The position numbers were made by a program, and so were the translations under genes. Shown piece by piece: positions 1-10,593 of a DNA stretch of 64,000 bases. The stretch spans positions 236 to 64,235 of the forward strand of contig JAAEQW010000006.1 of assembly GCA_024231025.1 (NCBI GenBank), given 5' to 3'. Origin of the DNA: Candidatus Omnitrophota bacterium (lineage in GTDB: Bacteria; Omnitrophota; Gorgyraeia; Duberdicusellales; 4484-171). Position 1 is the stretch's first letter, and each line of letters starts with the position of its first letter. The notes under the pieces are model-generated. The model saw only the letters and a program-made list of their open reading frames with translations, was not told the DNA's origin and did not search any database.

Positions 1-219
1 CGAAGCTACGTCTTCGGCCACTACCGGGCAAAAATGAGAACATTAATTTATCATTCAGCGAAATCCCACGAAGCCTCGGCGTAGTGGGAAACAAAACTAA
101 CTTATATGTCGCCCGTATGACACCTACACGAGCAAAATTTTTGGGTCAGAAATTTTTAGAACAACATTCTCGAGAAAGGTACATCTAAAGGTAATAAACC
201 ATTTATTAGGCAGAAATTT

Positions 220-624
220 TTATTCTTCTACCGCTTCTTTAACAGCCTCTTGTGGCGTCGATTCTTTCTCAGTATAGTATGCATCCAAAACCTTACTTTG
301 TAAATAGTCACGAAACTGCTGGTTAATTGGATGTGCTAAATCCTGATGAGTAATCTGCTTTCCACTAACTGCTTCTTTAGCGGGAGGGGGTAACGAAGCG
401 CCGCAATGATTGCAATAACGGCTTCCGGTATCGACTTTTTTTCCGCAGCGAGGACAAAACTGTTTTGCCTTTCTTGCCGGCATCGCCACGAATAAACCAT
501 TGTTACCCTCTACAACTTTGATGTTTCTTACCACAAAAGAGTTGTCAAAGGTTACAGTCGCATAAGCCTTGAGTCGTTTTCCCTCATTTTCCCGAAGAGA
601 AACTCTGACTTCTGTGATCTCCAT
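220..624 (-). CDS. spoVG: SpoVG family protein with inserted zinc ribbon
   Basis: MEITEVRV...LKAYATVTFDNSFVVRNIKVVEG..GLFVAMP and D.AHPIN motifs; CPRC/CNHC insert; follows ispE. Confidence 0.93.
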   Translation of the reverse strand: MEITEVRVSLRENEGKRLKAYATVTFDNSFVVRNIKVVEGNNGLFVAMPARKAKQFCPRCGKKVDTGSRYCNHCGASLPPPAKEAVSGKQITHQDLAHPINQQFRDYLQSKVLDAYYTEKESTPQEAVKEAVEE

Positions 625-640
625 AGATCAAAACCTCCTT

Positions 641-1531
641 TTAAAAAGTTTGGACAAAAATAGCTGTCCACTTTTTAGGTAAATTCAGTTTGATACCTTT
701 AAATGATTTTTTATCTAACACAGCATAGAGGGCACTCCCACTACCTGTTACTCTAAAATCTAATGAATACTCGTTAAAATATTCCTTAATCTTTGACAAC
801 TCACCCAAAAGAGAAAGAGCGCTACGTTCTAATGCATTAAATATGCTGTTTTTGATAAGGGCTATGTCTCCTTTTCCTACAGCATATACTAATATATTAA
901 CATTACTCAAAAATTTTGTCAATTTGCCTTGATAAGTTTTATAAACTTTAGCGGTTGAAAGGCTTACCCCCGGCCAAACGACTAGGTGATAAAGTTTTTT
1001 TCCTTTAAACGGCGACACCTGCTCTCCTCTGCCGCTTATAAAGGCAAAAGAGCTTTCGCTAAGGAAAAAGTTAATATCGCTTCCAAGCTTTGAGCCCAAA
1101 TCATACAATTGCTTTTTGGACAACTTTAATTTTAATAAACTATTAATACCGATAAGGGTGGTTGCAGCATTAGATGACCCTCCACCCAAACCTGCCCCGA
1201 TGGGAATTTTCTTTTTTAATTTTATATTAAACCCGAAAGGAATTTTATATTTATCCTTTATAAGTTGAGCTGCTCTTATGCATAGGTTATCTTTTGTTTC
1301 TAATATTTTATTATTGCAGGAAAATTTTATAGACTCATCTTTCGTTGTTTGAATCGAAATCTCATCAAATAAAGATATCCGTTCAAAAATACTTTCAATC
1401 GCATGGAACTCTTTATTGTATTTTCCGGTAATATTGAGGTAAAGATTGATCTTGGCAGGACTTAAGAGTTTAATTTTACTGCCGTATGAATTCTTCTGCT
1501 CGTTTTGCGATAGAATCAGCCGAGAGGCCAT
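641..1531 (-). CDS. ispE: 4-diphosphocytidyl-2-C-methyl-D-erythritol kinase
   Basis: PAKINLYL, IPIGAGLGGGSSNAA, LGSD, TGSGS motifs; true start uncertain (ATG 1531 or ATT 1474). Confidence 0.93.
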   Translation of the reverse strand: MASRLILSQNEQKNSYGSKIKLLSPAKINLYLNITGKYNKEFHAIESIFERISLFDEISIQTTKDESIKFSCNNKILETKDNLCIRAAQLIKDKYKIPFGFNIKLKKKIPIGAGLGGGSSNAATTLIGINSLLKLKLSKKQLYDLGSKLGSDINFFLSESSFAFISGRGEQVSPFKGKKLYHLVVWPGVSLSTAKVYKTYQGKLTKFLSNVNILVYAVGKGDIALIKNSIFNALERSALSLLGELSKIKEYFNEYSLDFRVTGSGSALYAVLDKKSFKGIKLNLPKKWTAIFVQTF

Positions 1532-2405
1532 AAAAATCCATCAACTCCTTAGGCGCACCAGATTGACCAAAGCGATCTTCGACCGCAACACAGTCAACCA
1601 AAACCGGACAATTACGCGCCACTACTTCGCACACTGCTGAACACAAACCACCCATTGCCTGGTGTTCATCGCAGACTAGGATCTTCTTATGTTTATTGGC
1701 GATTTTGATAATTAACTCTTTGTCGATCGGTTTTATTGTGTGCATATTATAAACTGAAATTGAAATTCCTCGTTTTTTTAAAATATCATGGGCCTTTAGT
1801 GTTTCTTGGACCATAATCCCGCAAGCTATAACAGCAAGATCGGCGCCTTCAGTTAAGGCGTACCCCTTGCCAAGGTGGAAATGTTTTCTATTTTCTATTG
1901 TTGCTACTTTTGAACGACCAAGACGAATATAAAACGGCCCCTTTGTTTTATGGGCAGTGATTATCGCGTCTCTAGCTTCCCAGGCGTCAGAAGGAACAAT
2001 TACTTTCATGTTAGGTATTGCCCGCACAGCATTAATATCTTCTAAAGCCTGATGAGAGGCTCCATCCTCACCAACAGTTATACCGCCGTGAGTGGCAACT
2101 ATTTTCACATTAAGGTTGTTGTAGCAAACTGTATTTCTTATCTGATCCAATACTCTTGCTGTAGCAAACATCGCAAAAGTTGAAGCAAACACAATTTTAC
2201 CACAACTGGCTAATCCTCCGGATGCTGCAATCATATTTTGCTCAGCAACACCGAAATTAAAAAACCGATCGGGAAACTCTTTTCTAAAAAGAGCCGTCCG
2301 AGTAGAACCAGAGAGGTCGGCATCGCAAACCACAACCCTTGGATCTTTTTTTCCTAACTCAATAAGTGTTCTACCATAAACATCGCGAGCGTAGAGCATT
2401 TCCAT
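1476..2405 (-). CDS. Transketolase C-terminal subunit
   Basis: DADLSGST, GVAEQNM, GEDGASHQ, YIRLGR motifs. Confidence 0.93.
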   Translation of the reverse strand: MEMLYARDVYGRTLIELGKKDPRVVVCDADLSGSTRTALFRKEFPDRFFNFGVAEQNMIAASGGLASCGKIVFASTFAMFATARVLDQIRNTVCYNNLNVKIVATHGGITVGEDGASHQALEDINAVRAIPNMKVIVPSDAWEARDAIITAHKTKGPFYIRLGRSKVATIENRKHFHLGKGYALTEGADLAVIACGIMVQETLKAHDILKKRGISISVYNMHTIKPIDKELIIKIANKHKKILVCDEHQAMGGLCSAVCEVVARNCPVLVDCVAVEDRFGQSGAPKELMDFYGLSADSIAKRAEEFIRQ

Positions 2406-2420
2406 ATTACACCCCTGGTA

Positions 2421-3248
2421 TTATTCTGATTTTTCGACCTCTAACTCTCTTAGGGCTATTTCTCTTTCCTGTTCGGTAGGTGCCCTGCCGTGGAAATCAA
2501 CCACATGCTCCATGAATGACACCCCTTTACCCTTTACCGTATGAGCAACAATCATCGTTGGCTTAAACTGAATTGATTTTGCTTCAGTAAAAGCTTCCAA
2601 TAAATCTTCTATATTATGACCATCGCATTGAATAACGCGCCAGCCAAAAGATTCCCACTTATTAACTAGAGGTTCAAGATTCATAACCTCTTCTGTTCTT
2701 CCATCGATCTGAAAACGATTATAATCAATCACCGCACAAAGATTGTCTAATTTATGATGACTACAGGCCATTGCCGCTTCCCAAACATTACCTTCCTGAA
2801 GCTCCCCATCACCCATAAGGCAATATATTCTGGAATCTTTCTTGTCAACTTTACCAGCTAGAGCCATACCTAAAGCAATCGAAAGCCCCTGGCCCAGCGA
2901 ACCACTAGCAACTTCAATGCCAGGAATTTTACTGTCAGGATGGCCTTGTAACATTGAACCAAGTTTTCTTAAGCTGAGTAATTCATTTTTAGGAAAATAT
3001 CCGCACAAAGCCAACGCCGCATAAAGAGCCGGACAACAATGCCCTTTAGAAAGATGAAATTTATCTCGATCTGACCACTCTGGATCCTTAGGATCATAAC
3101 GCATAATCCCAAAAAATAAACAAGCAACAATATCCGCTGAAGACAACGATCCTCCAGGATGCCCGCTTCCAGCCTCAGCCAACATCTCAACGATAAGTTT
3201 TCTAATCTGAGTTGCCTTACTTTTTATTAATTTTGCTTTTCTTTCCAT
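2421..3248 (-). CDS. Transketolase N-terminal subunit
   Basis: GHPGGSLS, LSKGH, LQGHP, GSLGQG, GDGELQEG TPP-binding motif. Confidence 0.95.
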   Translation of the reverse strand: MERKAKLIKSKATQIRKLIVEMLAEAGSGHPGGSLSSADIVACLFFGIMRYDPKDPEWSDRDKFHLSKGHCCPALYAALALCGYFPKNELLSLRKLGSMLQGHPDSKIPGIEVASGSLGQGLSIALGMALAGKVDKKDSRIYCLMGDGELQEGNVWEAAMACSHHKLDNLCAVIDYNRFQIDGRTEEVMNLEPLVNKWESFGWRVIQCDGHNIEDLLEAFTEAKSIQFKPTMIVAHTVKGKGVSFMEHVVDFHGRAPTEQEREIALRELEVEKSE

Positions 3249-4359
3249 GTTTTTTTAACTTTTCCTGTAGTTTTTTATCTTTGGGAAAATATTTTACTCC
3301 CTCTTGATAATATTTACCAGCATTTTCTATTTTACCTGCCTCCAAACAAACATCACCAAGATGCTCGTAAAGAATTGGGTCCTTCAAAAATTGTACCGCT
3401 TTAAGTAGGTGCGCCTCTGCTAATTCATATTCTTTTTTCTTAAAATATACCCAAGCTAAACTATCAAGGTATGCACCATTTTGAGGGTCTTTTTCTAAGG
3501 CTTTCTTTATCATTTCTTCGGCCTCATCAAGCTTAACCTCATCTTCAGCGTAAGTATACCCTAATGAGTTTAAAGTTGGTGCGTGAGCTGGCTCTATGTC
3601 TAAACCTTTAATCCATATATCAATCGCTTCTTTGCGCCGACCAACTTCAGCATAAAGATAGCCTAACCAAAAAAGACCTTCTACATACCCTGGGTTAGCC
3701 TCAATGATCGCCTCATACACTCTAATCGCATCTTGAGGTTTTCTTTTATAAAAATAAAACTGCGCTAAATATTCAGATATTTTAATATTCTCAGGTTTAA
3801 CCTTATGAGCACGCTCTAGGAATTCGCCATATTCTTTTTCTAATGCTTCATCGTTTTGAGTATAAGAATGAAGAAAAATCAAGGCAAGCGAGACGTCAAT
3901 ATCTTCTGAATCAATTTTCTTAGCTGATTGAAGTTCTTTTTCTGCCTTTTCCATTTCTCCTGATCGAATCAAAAAAGCAGCAATCTTTAAGCGAATGTGT
4001 ACAGATTTAGGATCAAGCTTCTTTACCTTGCGTAGTTCTTTTAATGCCTTCTTGTAATTTCCTTCTTCGGCTAAAAAAAGACCCCTTAAGTAATTGCTAT
4101 AAGCCTTGGCAGAAACTCTTGCATTTATGCGTCGTGGCCGTTTGGTTGGTTTTTCTGTTTTAGATTCGACATCTTCAGGGAAAGTTTTTACCAGCCCAAG
4201 AGACGGAATACCCAATTCCGAAATAACATTTTTATCTTTAGCGAAAGAGTTAAAAGCAATAATGACCAGGAAAGTTGCGCAAAGCAAAACCTTGCCACAA
4301 CGCAATCCCAAAAAGCTATAACTTCTTAAAGTAGTAGGCGATAAAACTCTCATTAACAC
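3217..4359 (-). CDS. Exported TPR-repeat protein
   Basis: Hydrophobic N-terminus; TPR repeats with LNSLGYTYA, AYLDSLAWVYFK, YEHLGDV; start uncertain. Confidence 0.8.
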   Translation of the reverse strand: MLMRVLSPTTLRSYSFLGLRCGKVLLCATFLVIIAFNSFAKDKNVISELGIPSLGLVKTFPEDVESKTEKPTKRPRRINARVSAKAYSNYLRGLFLAEEGNYKKALKELRKVKKLDPKSVHIRLKIAAFLIRSGEMEKAEKELQSAKKIDSEDIDVSLALIFLHSYTQNDEALEKEYGEFLERAHKVKPENIKISEYLAQFYFYKRKPQDAIRVYEAIIEANPGYVEGLFWLGYLYAEVGRRKEAIDIWIKGLDIEPAHAPTLNSLGYTYAEDEVKLDEAEEMIKKALEKDPQNGAYLDSLAWVYFKKKEYELAEAHLLKAVQFLKDPILYEHLGDVCLEAGKIENAGKYYQEGVKYFPKDKKLQEKLKKHGKKSKINKK

Positions 4360-4364
4360 AAGGG

Positions 4365-4454
4365 CTATCTCGACTTATGTCTTTGTTGCTTTCTTCGTTT
4401 TTTAAACCAGTGTCTTTTGACTTTTTTTAACTTTTTCTTTTTACCACAGGGCAT
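4365..4454 (-). CDS. 29-aa basic protein, AURKAIP1/COX24 (bS22/mS38-like) family; missing from the ORF track
   Basis: Manual translation MPCGKKKKLKKVKRHWFKKRRKQQRHKSR; GGAG SD at 4461-4464. Confidence 0.75.
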   Translation of the reverse strand: MPCGKKKKLKKVKRHWFKKRRKQQRHKSR

Positions 4455-4485
4455 TGATTACTCCAACTTTGTCATTTTGTCATTC

Positions 4486-4509
4486 GGGCGATTCGCGACT
4501 CGCCCCTAC
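4486..4509 (-). repeat. GTAG-type REP palindrome
   Basis: Minus strand GTAGGGGCGAGTCGCGAATCGCCC; related copies at 44309 and 53982. Confidence 0.65.
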
Positions 4510-4518
4510 ACGAATAAA

Positions 4519-5394
4519 TTAGTAAATTACTTTATTCAAAGGGTATTCAATAATTCCTTGTGCGCCATTATCCTTAAGAAGCGGCACAAGTCTACGTACT
4601 TCTTTCTCTTCGATCATAACCTCGCAAGCAACCCAATCCTTTAGCGTAAGAAAAGAAATTGTTGGTTTCTTAAGAGCTGGAAGCAAACTTAAAATTTTAT
4701 TTAGATCTTTCTCTTTAACATTTAGCTTTAAACCAACTTTATCTCTTGCCTCTAGGGCTCCTTGCAGTAAAAGAAGGATCCGTTCCATCTTCTGCTTTTT
4801 CCAAATATTTTTTTGAGCAGCTCGATTAGCAATAAATTTAGTAGTTGATACGCAGATTGTGTCAATTATTTTTAATCTATTAGCTTTTAGGCTTTCTCCG
4901 GTTTCAGTTAAATCAACGATCGCGTCAACCAGCCCACTGCCTACCTTCACTTCTGTCGCACCCCAACTAAATTCAACATCAACTTTTATTTTTTGATTTC
5001 TAAAATACTTTTTAGTATAACCAACAAGTTCAGTGGCAATTCGTTTACCTTCCAAATCCTTTAACTTCTTTATTTTTGAATCTTCCTTAACGGCAACAAC
5101 CCATCTTACTGGATTCGAGGTTCTTTTGGCATACTTTAATTCGGCAAGCCTAGCTACATTCGAACCATTCTCTAAAATCCAATCTTCTCCGGTAATTCCG
5201 CAATCCAACATTCCCTCTTCCACATAACGAGACATCTCTTGGGCTCGGATTAAAACTATTTTGATTTCAGGGTCATCAACTGAAGGAAAATAAGAGCGCC
5301 GGCCTACATAAATGTCAAAACCAGCCATCTTAAAGATTTCTAAGGTCTTCTCCTGTAAACTTCCCTTTGGTATGCCTAAAGTCAACGTTTTCAC
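4519..5394 (-). CDS. hisG: ATP phosphoribosyltransferase, long form
   Basis: IPKGSL, GITGEDW, ATE, GATE, DAIVDLTETG.SL motifs plus C-terminal regulatory domain. Confidence 0.95.
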   Translation of the reverse strand: MKTLTLGIPKGSLQEKTLEIFKMAGFDIYVGRRSYFPSVDDPEIKIVLIRAQEMSRYVEEGMLDCGITGEDWILENGSNVARLAELKYAKRTSNPVRWVVAVKEDSKIKKLKDLEGKRIATELVGYTKKYFRNQKIKVDVEFSWGATEVKVGSGLVDAIVDLTETGESLKANRLKIIDTICVSTTKFIANRAAQKNIWKKQKMERILLLLQGALEARDKVGLKLNVKEKDLNKILSLLPALKKPTISFLTLKDWVACEVMIEEKEVRRLVPLLKDNGAQGIIEYPLNKVIY

Positions 5395-5565
5395 TCTGTT
5401 AGATCTCCATCTGCTATTGCCCTTTCAAGTCTAATAGGGCTCCCTCGTTAAGCCTAAAAGCCTAACGGGGTTCATAATTTTTACCTCACAAAACGTCGCC
5501 AATTATACAACGATTATCCACTATTGTAAAGAGATTTTTGCTTTTGAGGTTTTTGGCGCTCCAAT

Positions 5566-6507
5566 TTAACATTTAGCGGAATCAGCCTTCGGCTGAATTT
5601 CTTTCTCAAGATAATTAATAACATAGTCTTTAATACCTGATCGAAGATCGAACTCAGGAGCAATACCTAATTTTTTTAACAATCCAATATCTGCCTGGGT
5701 AAAATCCTGATAGACATCCGCATAAGGATTATCAAAATAATCGGGTTTCAAATTTTTATTTAGGCTTTTATTCAGAGCAGCAATTATCTCGTTAAAGCTG
5801 CCGGCGGTACCAGTACCAACATTAAGAATTGCGTTTTTCTTTAAATTTAATGCTTCAACAGTGATACGGGCAACATCCTTTACGTAAATAAAATCCCTTT
5901 TTTGCTCGCCATGCTTAAATACTCTTGGTCTTTTACCGTTTTTCATCTGCAAATAAAGCTGATATGTCATACTCGCAGCGCTACCTTTGTGGTATTCATT
6001 TGGACCATAAACGTTAAAATATCTCACACCAACAACAAGTGGTGTCTTAACAACCTTACTCACCTTTTCAGAATGCACATCGCAGAGGTATTTAGAGTAA
6101 GCATAAGTATTATGAGGAGCGGCCTCTTGGGTTTCACTCATTGGAGAACGACCATTGCCATACACTCCGGCACTTGATGCATACACGAGTTTTATTTTCT
6201 TCTTTAAAGAGTAGTTAAAAACGTTTTTAAAACCCTCAAAATTAACCATCATCATTTTCGTATCATCTAATAAAGTTGTATCGGTAATCGCTGCCTCATG
6301 GATAATAGCATCTACTTTAGGTAATTTTTTATAAATTGCTGCATCTAAAATATCAGCGCAAATAACATCTCCTTTTGTGCCATCTAAATTTTTATAGCTA
6401 GAATGAGAAAAATTATCAAAAATAATTGTTTTCGCGCCTTTAGATTCAAGCAATTTAACTATATTTGAACCAATAAATCCTGCTGCTCCAGTAACCAATA
6501 CTTTCAT
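5566..6507 (-). CDS. hldD: ADP-L-glycero-D-manno-heptose 6-epimerase
   Basis: GAAGFIGSN, YASSAGVYG, YAYSK, RYFNVYGPNEYHKG, RDFIYVKD. Confidence 0.85.
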   Translation of the reverse strand: MKVLVTGAAGFIGSNIVKLLESKGAKTIIFDNFSHSSYKNLDGTKGDVICADILDAAIYKKLPKVDAIIHEAAITDTTLLDDTKMMMVNFEGFKNVFNYSLKKKIKLVYASSAGVYGNGRSPMSETQEAAPHNTYAYSKYLCDVHSEKVSKVVKTPLVVGVRYFNVYGPNEYHKGSAASMTYQLYLQMKNGKRPRVFKHGEQKRDFIYVKDVARITVEALNLKKNAILNVGTGTAGSFNEIIAALNKSLNKNLKPDYFDNPYADVYQDFTQADIGLLKKLGIAPEFDLRSGIKDYVINYLEKEIQPKADSAKC

Positions 6508-6529
6508 CCCGCTAAACCTCCTATTACTC

Positions 6530-7168
6530 TTATTGTTTAATTTTCCCCTCTAGTTCTTCGATTCTTTTTTCCAAACGGTGCAATACCTCAATTACAGGAT
6601 CAGGAAGCTTGTTATGATCAAGCTCAATGCCACTAATGTGCTTGATGGCCTTTTCCAAAATAATTCTACCCGGCACACCAACAGCCGTAGAGTTATTAGG
6701 GACATCGGTTATTATTACACTTCCTGCACCAATACGCGCCGCTTCACCAACTTTAATCGGCCCAAGCAAAATCGCCCCGGCCCCGATGACAACTTTATTG
6801 CCAATAGTAGGGTGCCGCTTTGTTTTCTCATGGGAAACACCACCTAAAACTACCCCCTGATAAATAAGAACATCGTCGCCGATTTCTGAAGTTTGGCCAA
6901 TCACCACCCCCATACCGTGGTCGATGAAAAATCTTCTACCGATTGTAGCCCCAGGATGAATTTCAATTCCAGTTAAAAAGCGCACAAGATGAGATATTAT
7001 TCGAGCAAAAAACTTTAATCTAATGCGCCAAAGCAAATGCGCAAAGCGATACGCCCAAATCGCATGCAACCCCGAATAGCAAAAAAGCACCTCAAAGATG
7101 CTTCTTGCAGCAGGATCCTCACGAAAAGTTGTTTTAATGTCTTCTTTTATTCTGCTAATGAATCCCAT
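6530..7168 (-). CDS. cysE: Serine O-acetyltransferase
   Basis: [35 protein letters not shown]. Confidence 0.95.
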   Translation of the reverse strand: MGFISRIKEDIKTTFREDPAARSIFEVLFCYSGLHAIWAYRFAHLLWRIRLKFFARIISHLVRFLTGIEIHPGATIGRRFFIDHGMGVVIGQTSEIGDDVLIYQGVVLGGVSHEKTKRHPTIGNKVVIGAGAILLGPIKVGEAARIGAGSVIITDVPNNSTAVGVPGRIILEKAIKHISGIELDHNKLPDPVIEVLHRLEKRIEELEGKIKQ

Positions 7169-7277
7169 ATTTTTAAATATTTTAAACTTTTTTCAACCAC
7201 TTACAGTTATCCAACACACTACATAAAATAATGGATAATTGAGATATTGTCAATAAGTACTTTCCAACTAGATACCA

Positions 7278-7306
7278 TTGACCCAACACCACCGTGGCCT
7301 TATAAT
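7278..7306 (+). promoter_or_regulatory. Sigma70 promoter
   Basis: TTGACC-17nt-TATAAT, ending 9 nt before ATG 7316. Confidence 0.7.
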
Positions 7307-7315
7307 GCCTTTAAA

Positions 7316-8920
7316 ATGACTAGACCGAAATTCCCCCCATTAACCAGCCGCCTTTGCATATTGATAATAATTTTATTATCTGTATGCATATACATAAATA
7401 CCTTAAAGGGTGAATTCATATGGCACGATAAGTTCTTTATTGCAGAAAAAGGAGCAATCCTGCAATCATGGAAAAATTTACCAACGGTGTTTAGTTCGGG
7501 TTTCTGTAACTTTAAAAACACAGACATATCGCAAGGAATATATTACCGCCCTTTAGTTACTCTCTCCTATTCTCTTGACTATCTCTTATGGAAGCTACGC
7601 CCGGCTGGATATCACCTAACAAACATATTCTGGCACACCTTAAATGGGATAATGATTTTTATTATTTTGCTTCTACTTACCAAAAAACGTGCGCTCGCAC
7701 TTCTGGCTAGCATGCTATTTATATCTCACCCTATTCAAACCGCATGCGTCAGCTATATAACAAATCGCGTTGATATACTTTGTCTTTTTTTCATGCTGTT
7801 TTCTTGGTATGCGTTTATAAAGAGTAACGAGACTGATCGAAATATTTTTACTGCCCTCTCACTGTTCTCTTTTGTGGCTGCGCTTCTAGCAAAAGAGGCG
7901 GCAATTGTTTTACCGTTGCTCTTTCTGCTGCATATTGTGTGTTTTAAAAAAATAAAAAAGCAAAAAGTAATTTTTTACACAACTGCAATGATCTTTACAT
8001 CATGCGCCTATTTGCTTATCAGATACAACGCAACAAGAAGTTTAGGGGTACAATCACCTCTACACGAAAACAAGGTTGCTCTTGCCCTTACAATGCTCAA
8101 TGTCATTACAGACAACATCCGGCTTCTGCTTTGGCCAAGCAACCTTAGCACCAGCGATGCTTTTTTAATATCGCGTTCGATTATGGAAAATTACACGTTT
8201 GTATCTTTTATGATTATTTCTGCGTTGATTGCAATTGCAATATACTACCTGAAAAAAGATAAGTTAATTAGTTTCTGTTTATTTTGGTTTTTCATAACAC
8301 TATTGCCGGTGTTAAATATAATTCCGATCCTTTACCTTCGTGCAGATCACTTTCTATACATCCCATCACTTGGATTTTGCATCTTAACTGCGGCAATACT
8401 CCATAAAAATAGAGCTTTCCTAAGGCACTCTTTAATTATTATTTTAATTTTCTCTATTCTTACAATAAGCCGAAACAAAGATTGGCAAAATGAAATAAGT
8501 CTCTTTAGCAAAAGTATAAAATCACACCCACAAGCAAAAGAAGCACACGCTTGTCTGGGCTTTGCTTATCACCAAAAAGGCTTACACGAAAAAGCCTCAC
8601 ATCATTATAAAAAGGCCCTTATAAGTAACCCGAGTTACTACAGCTTTTCACGTCCTGGGCGTATTTTAGAGAATTTAGCAAACATTTATTACGCCGGTCA
8701 TCTTTATAAATGGGCAGAAAAATATTATCAAATGGCTTTAGAGTTTGAACCCGAAGATGGCAATATACACCTTGGGTTAGGTAATGTTTATTACGAGCAA
8801 AATCAATACCAAAAGGCAATAGACTCCTATCAAGCTTCCTTGAGATATTCGCCCAGCAACAGCAGCGCTCACCACAACTTATCTAAAGCATATGAAAAAC
8901 AGGTGGGTTTGAAAAAATGA
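7316..8920 (+). CDS. TMTC/PMT-like GT-C membrane glycosyltransferase with C-terminal TPRs
   Basis: YYRPL, YHLTN, HP..T..V.YI..R, LLAKE, FLYIPS motifs, many TM helices, TPR tail; start moved to the ATG after the promoter. Confidence 0.8.
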   Translation: MTRPKFPPLTSRLCILIIILLSVCIYINTLKGEFIWHDKFFIAEKGAILQSWKNLPTVFSSGFCNFKNTDISQGIYYRPLVTLSYSLDYLLWKLRPAGYHLTNIFWHTLNGIMIFIILLLLTKKRALALLASMLFISHPIQTACVSYITNRVDILCLFFMLFSWYAFIKSNETDRNIFTALSLFSFVAALLAKEAAIVLPLLFLLHIVCFKKIKKQKVIFYTTAMIFTSCAYLLIRYNATRSLGVQSPLHENKVALALTMLNVITDNIRLLLWPSNLSTSDAFLISRSIMENYTFVSFMIISALIAIAIYYLKKDKLISFCLFWFFITLLPVLNIIPILYLRADHFLYIPSLGFCILTAAILHKNRAFLRHSLIIILIFSILTISRNKDWQNEISLFSKSIKSHPQAKEAHACLGFAYHQKGLHEKASHHYKKALISNPSYYSFSRPGRILENLANIYYAGHLYKWAEKYYQMALEFEPEDGNIHLGLGNVYYEQNQYQKAIDSYQASLRYSPSNSSAHHNLSKAYEKQVGLKK

Positions 8921-8991
8921 GCAACTATCCACGCATCAAACTTCTTAGGTAAGAATTTTCAATCACTGTAATCTTCCCCCAATCTTCGTAA

Positions 8992-9594
8992 TCAGGGACT
9001 GTTGTATTTTGTAACAGTTCCAAAATAGGTTTTCAGCTTAAAAAACGCTTTCCCGCGATGGCTGATTGCGTTCTTTTGCGTTGAGGATAGTTGTGCGGTA
9101 GTTTTTTTATATTTAGAAAGGTAAAATATTGGATCATATCCAAAACCGCCGCTGCCTTGTGAATGGGTAGCAATCGCACCCGATAAAACACCGCTAAAAG
9201 TTTTTATCACTTTTGCGTTTTTCATTAACACAAGCGCACAGCAAAAACGCGCGCCCCTCTTCTTTATGCAATTAAGAGCTTTGAGCAATTTTTTATTATT
9301 CGTAATGCTCGTTGCCTTGGAACCAGAATATCTCTTCGAGTGCACCCCTGGTGCTCCATTTAAATAATTAACCTCAAGACCCGAATCTTCTCCAACCACA
9401 AAATCATCTTTATAAAATTTAGATACCGGACTTGTCTTTTTTATTGCATTTTCTAAAAACGTTTTACCGTTTTCCTTTAAATTGAATTTTTTATCTAAAT
9501 CAGCTAAAGATATTATCGACACCCCGCTACCGCGTAAAATTCGTTTTATCTCGCGCAACTTACCCCGATTAGAAGTAGCAACAATCAATCTCAT
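8992..9594 (-). CDS. rdgB: dITP/XTP pyrophosphatase
   Basis: ATSN.GK..E, EDSGL, GFGYDPIF, KN.ISHR. Confidence 0.95.
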   Translation of the reverse strand: MRLIVATSNRGKLREIKRILRGSGVSIISLADLDKKFNLKENGKTFLENAIKKTSPVSKFYKDDFVVGEDSGLEVNYLNGAPGVHSKRYSGSKATSITNNKKLLKALNCIKKRGARFCCALVLMKNAKVIKTFSGVLSGAIATHSQGSGGFGYDPIFYLSKYKKTTAQLSSTQKNAISHRGKAFFKLKTYFGTVTKYNSP

Positions 9595-10316
9595 AAAATA
9601 TTGGCTAATTCTGTTTTTAAAAGTTGCTTTTGGAGCTCAATTATCTCATTAATTCCTTTTCTGGCTAAGTCAATCAATGAATTAAATTCATCTTGCGAAA
9701 AAGAACTATTCTCACCAGTTCCTTGCACTTCAATGAATTCTCCCGACCCTTTCATAACAACATTCATATCAACATCGGCTCGAGAATCTTCGTGATAGGA
9801 TAAATCTAAAAGAACCTCTCCTTTAACCACCCCAACGCTAATTGCTCCTAAAAGATCACATATGCAACCCTCTCCAATTTTACCTTGTTGCTGCAACCCG
9901 TAAACGCAATCGGCCAAAGCAATAAACCCGCCAACTACCGAAGCGGTTCTTGTTCCGCCATCTGCCTGAATAACATCGCAATCAATCCATATTGTTCTCT
10001 CACCTAATTTATTCAAATTAACTACATTGCGTAACGACCTGCCAATTAAACGCTGTATCTCCATGCGCCTACCGGTTATTTTATCTCTAAGCATTCTTTT
10101 ATTTGTTGAACGCGGAAGCATGCCATATTCGGCAGTTACCCAGCCTTGACCGCTATTACGCAAAAATAAAGGAACATTTCTGTCAACTGAAGCGGCACAT
10201 ATTACTTTTGTGTCTCCAATTTCAATTAAACATGATCCATCTGAATTTTTCATAAAACCACGTTCAATATTAAGTTTTCTTAACTGGTCCGATAATCTTT
10301 GATCTTTACGTTTCAT
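9591..10316 (-). CDS. rph: Ribonuclease PH
   Basis: GWVTAEYGMLPRST, EIQRLIGRSLR, QADGGTRTAS. Confidence 0.96.
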   Translation of the reverse strand: MKRKDQRLSDQLRKLNIERGFMKNSDGSCLIEIGDTKVICAASVDRNVPLFLRNSGQGWVTAEYGMLPRSTNKRMLRDKITGRRMEIQRLIGRSLRNVVNLNKLGERTIWIDCDVIQADGGTRTASVVGGFIALADCVYGLQQQGKIGEGCICDLLGAISVGVVKGEVLLDLSYHEDSRADVDMNVVMKGSGEFIEVQGTGENSSFSQDEFNSLIDLARKGINEIIELQKQLLKTELANIL

Positions 10317-10402
10317 TATTCCTCCCTTTTAATTAAAAACTATTAGCGCAAAACGTAACCCCGCACTCTAATATATTTATTTGGCGGGACCCCACTAAAT
10401 AA

Positions 10403-10548
10403 AACAATAACCAAGTTACAAGTTACAATGACCAAACAATAATCAATGACCAAATTCGAATAACCAAATTTCTTGATTATTGGGTATTGAATATTGGAAT
10501 TTGTTTGTATCTTGTTTCTTGTAGCTTGTTTCTTGTATTGAGAATAAC
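10403..10548. repeat. Degenerate short-period repeat forming an imperfect inverted repeat
   Basis: A/C-rich arm (aaccaagttacaagttacaatgaccaa) mirrored by a T/G-rich arm (cttgtttcttgtagcttgtttcttg). Confidence 0.55.
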
Positions 10549-10593
10549 CAACTTGCTACTTACGACTAAATATGGCTTTGCGCTTCTAACGTA

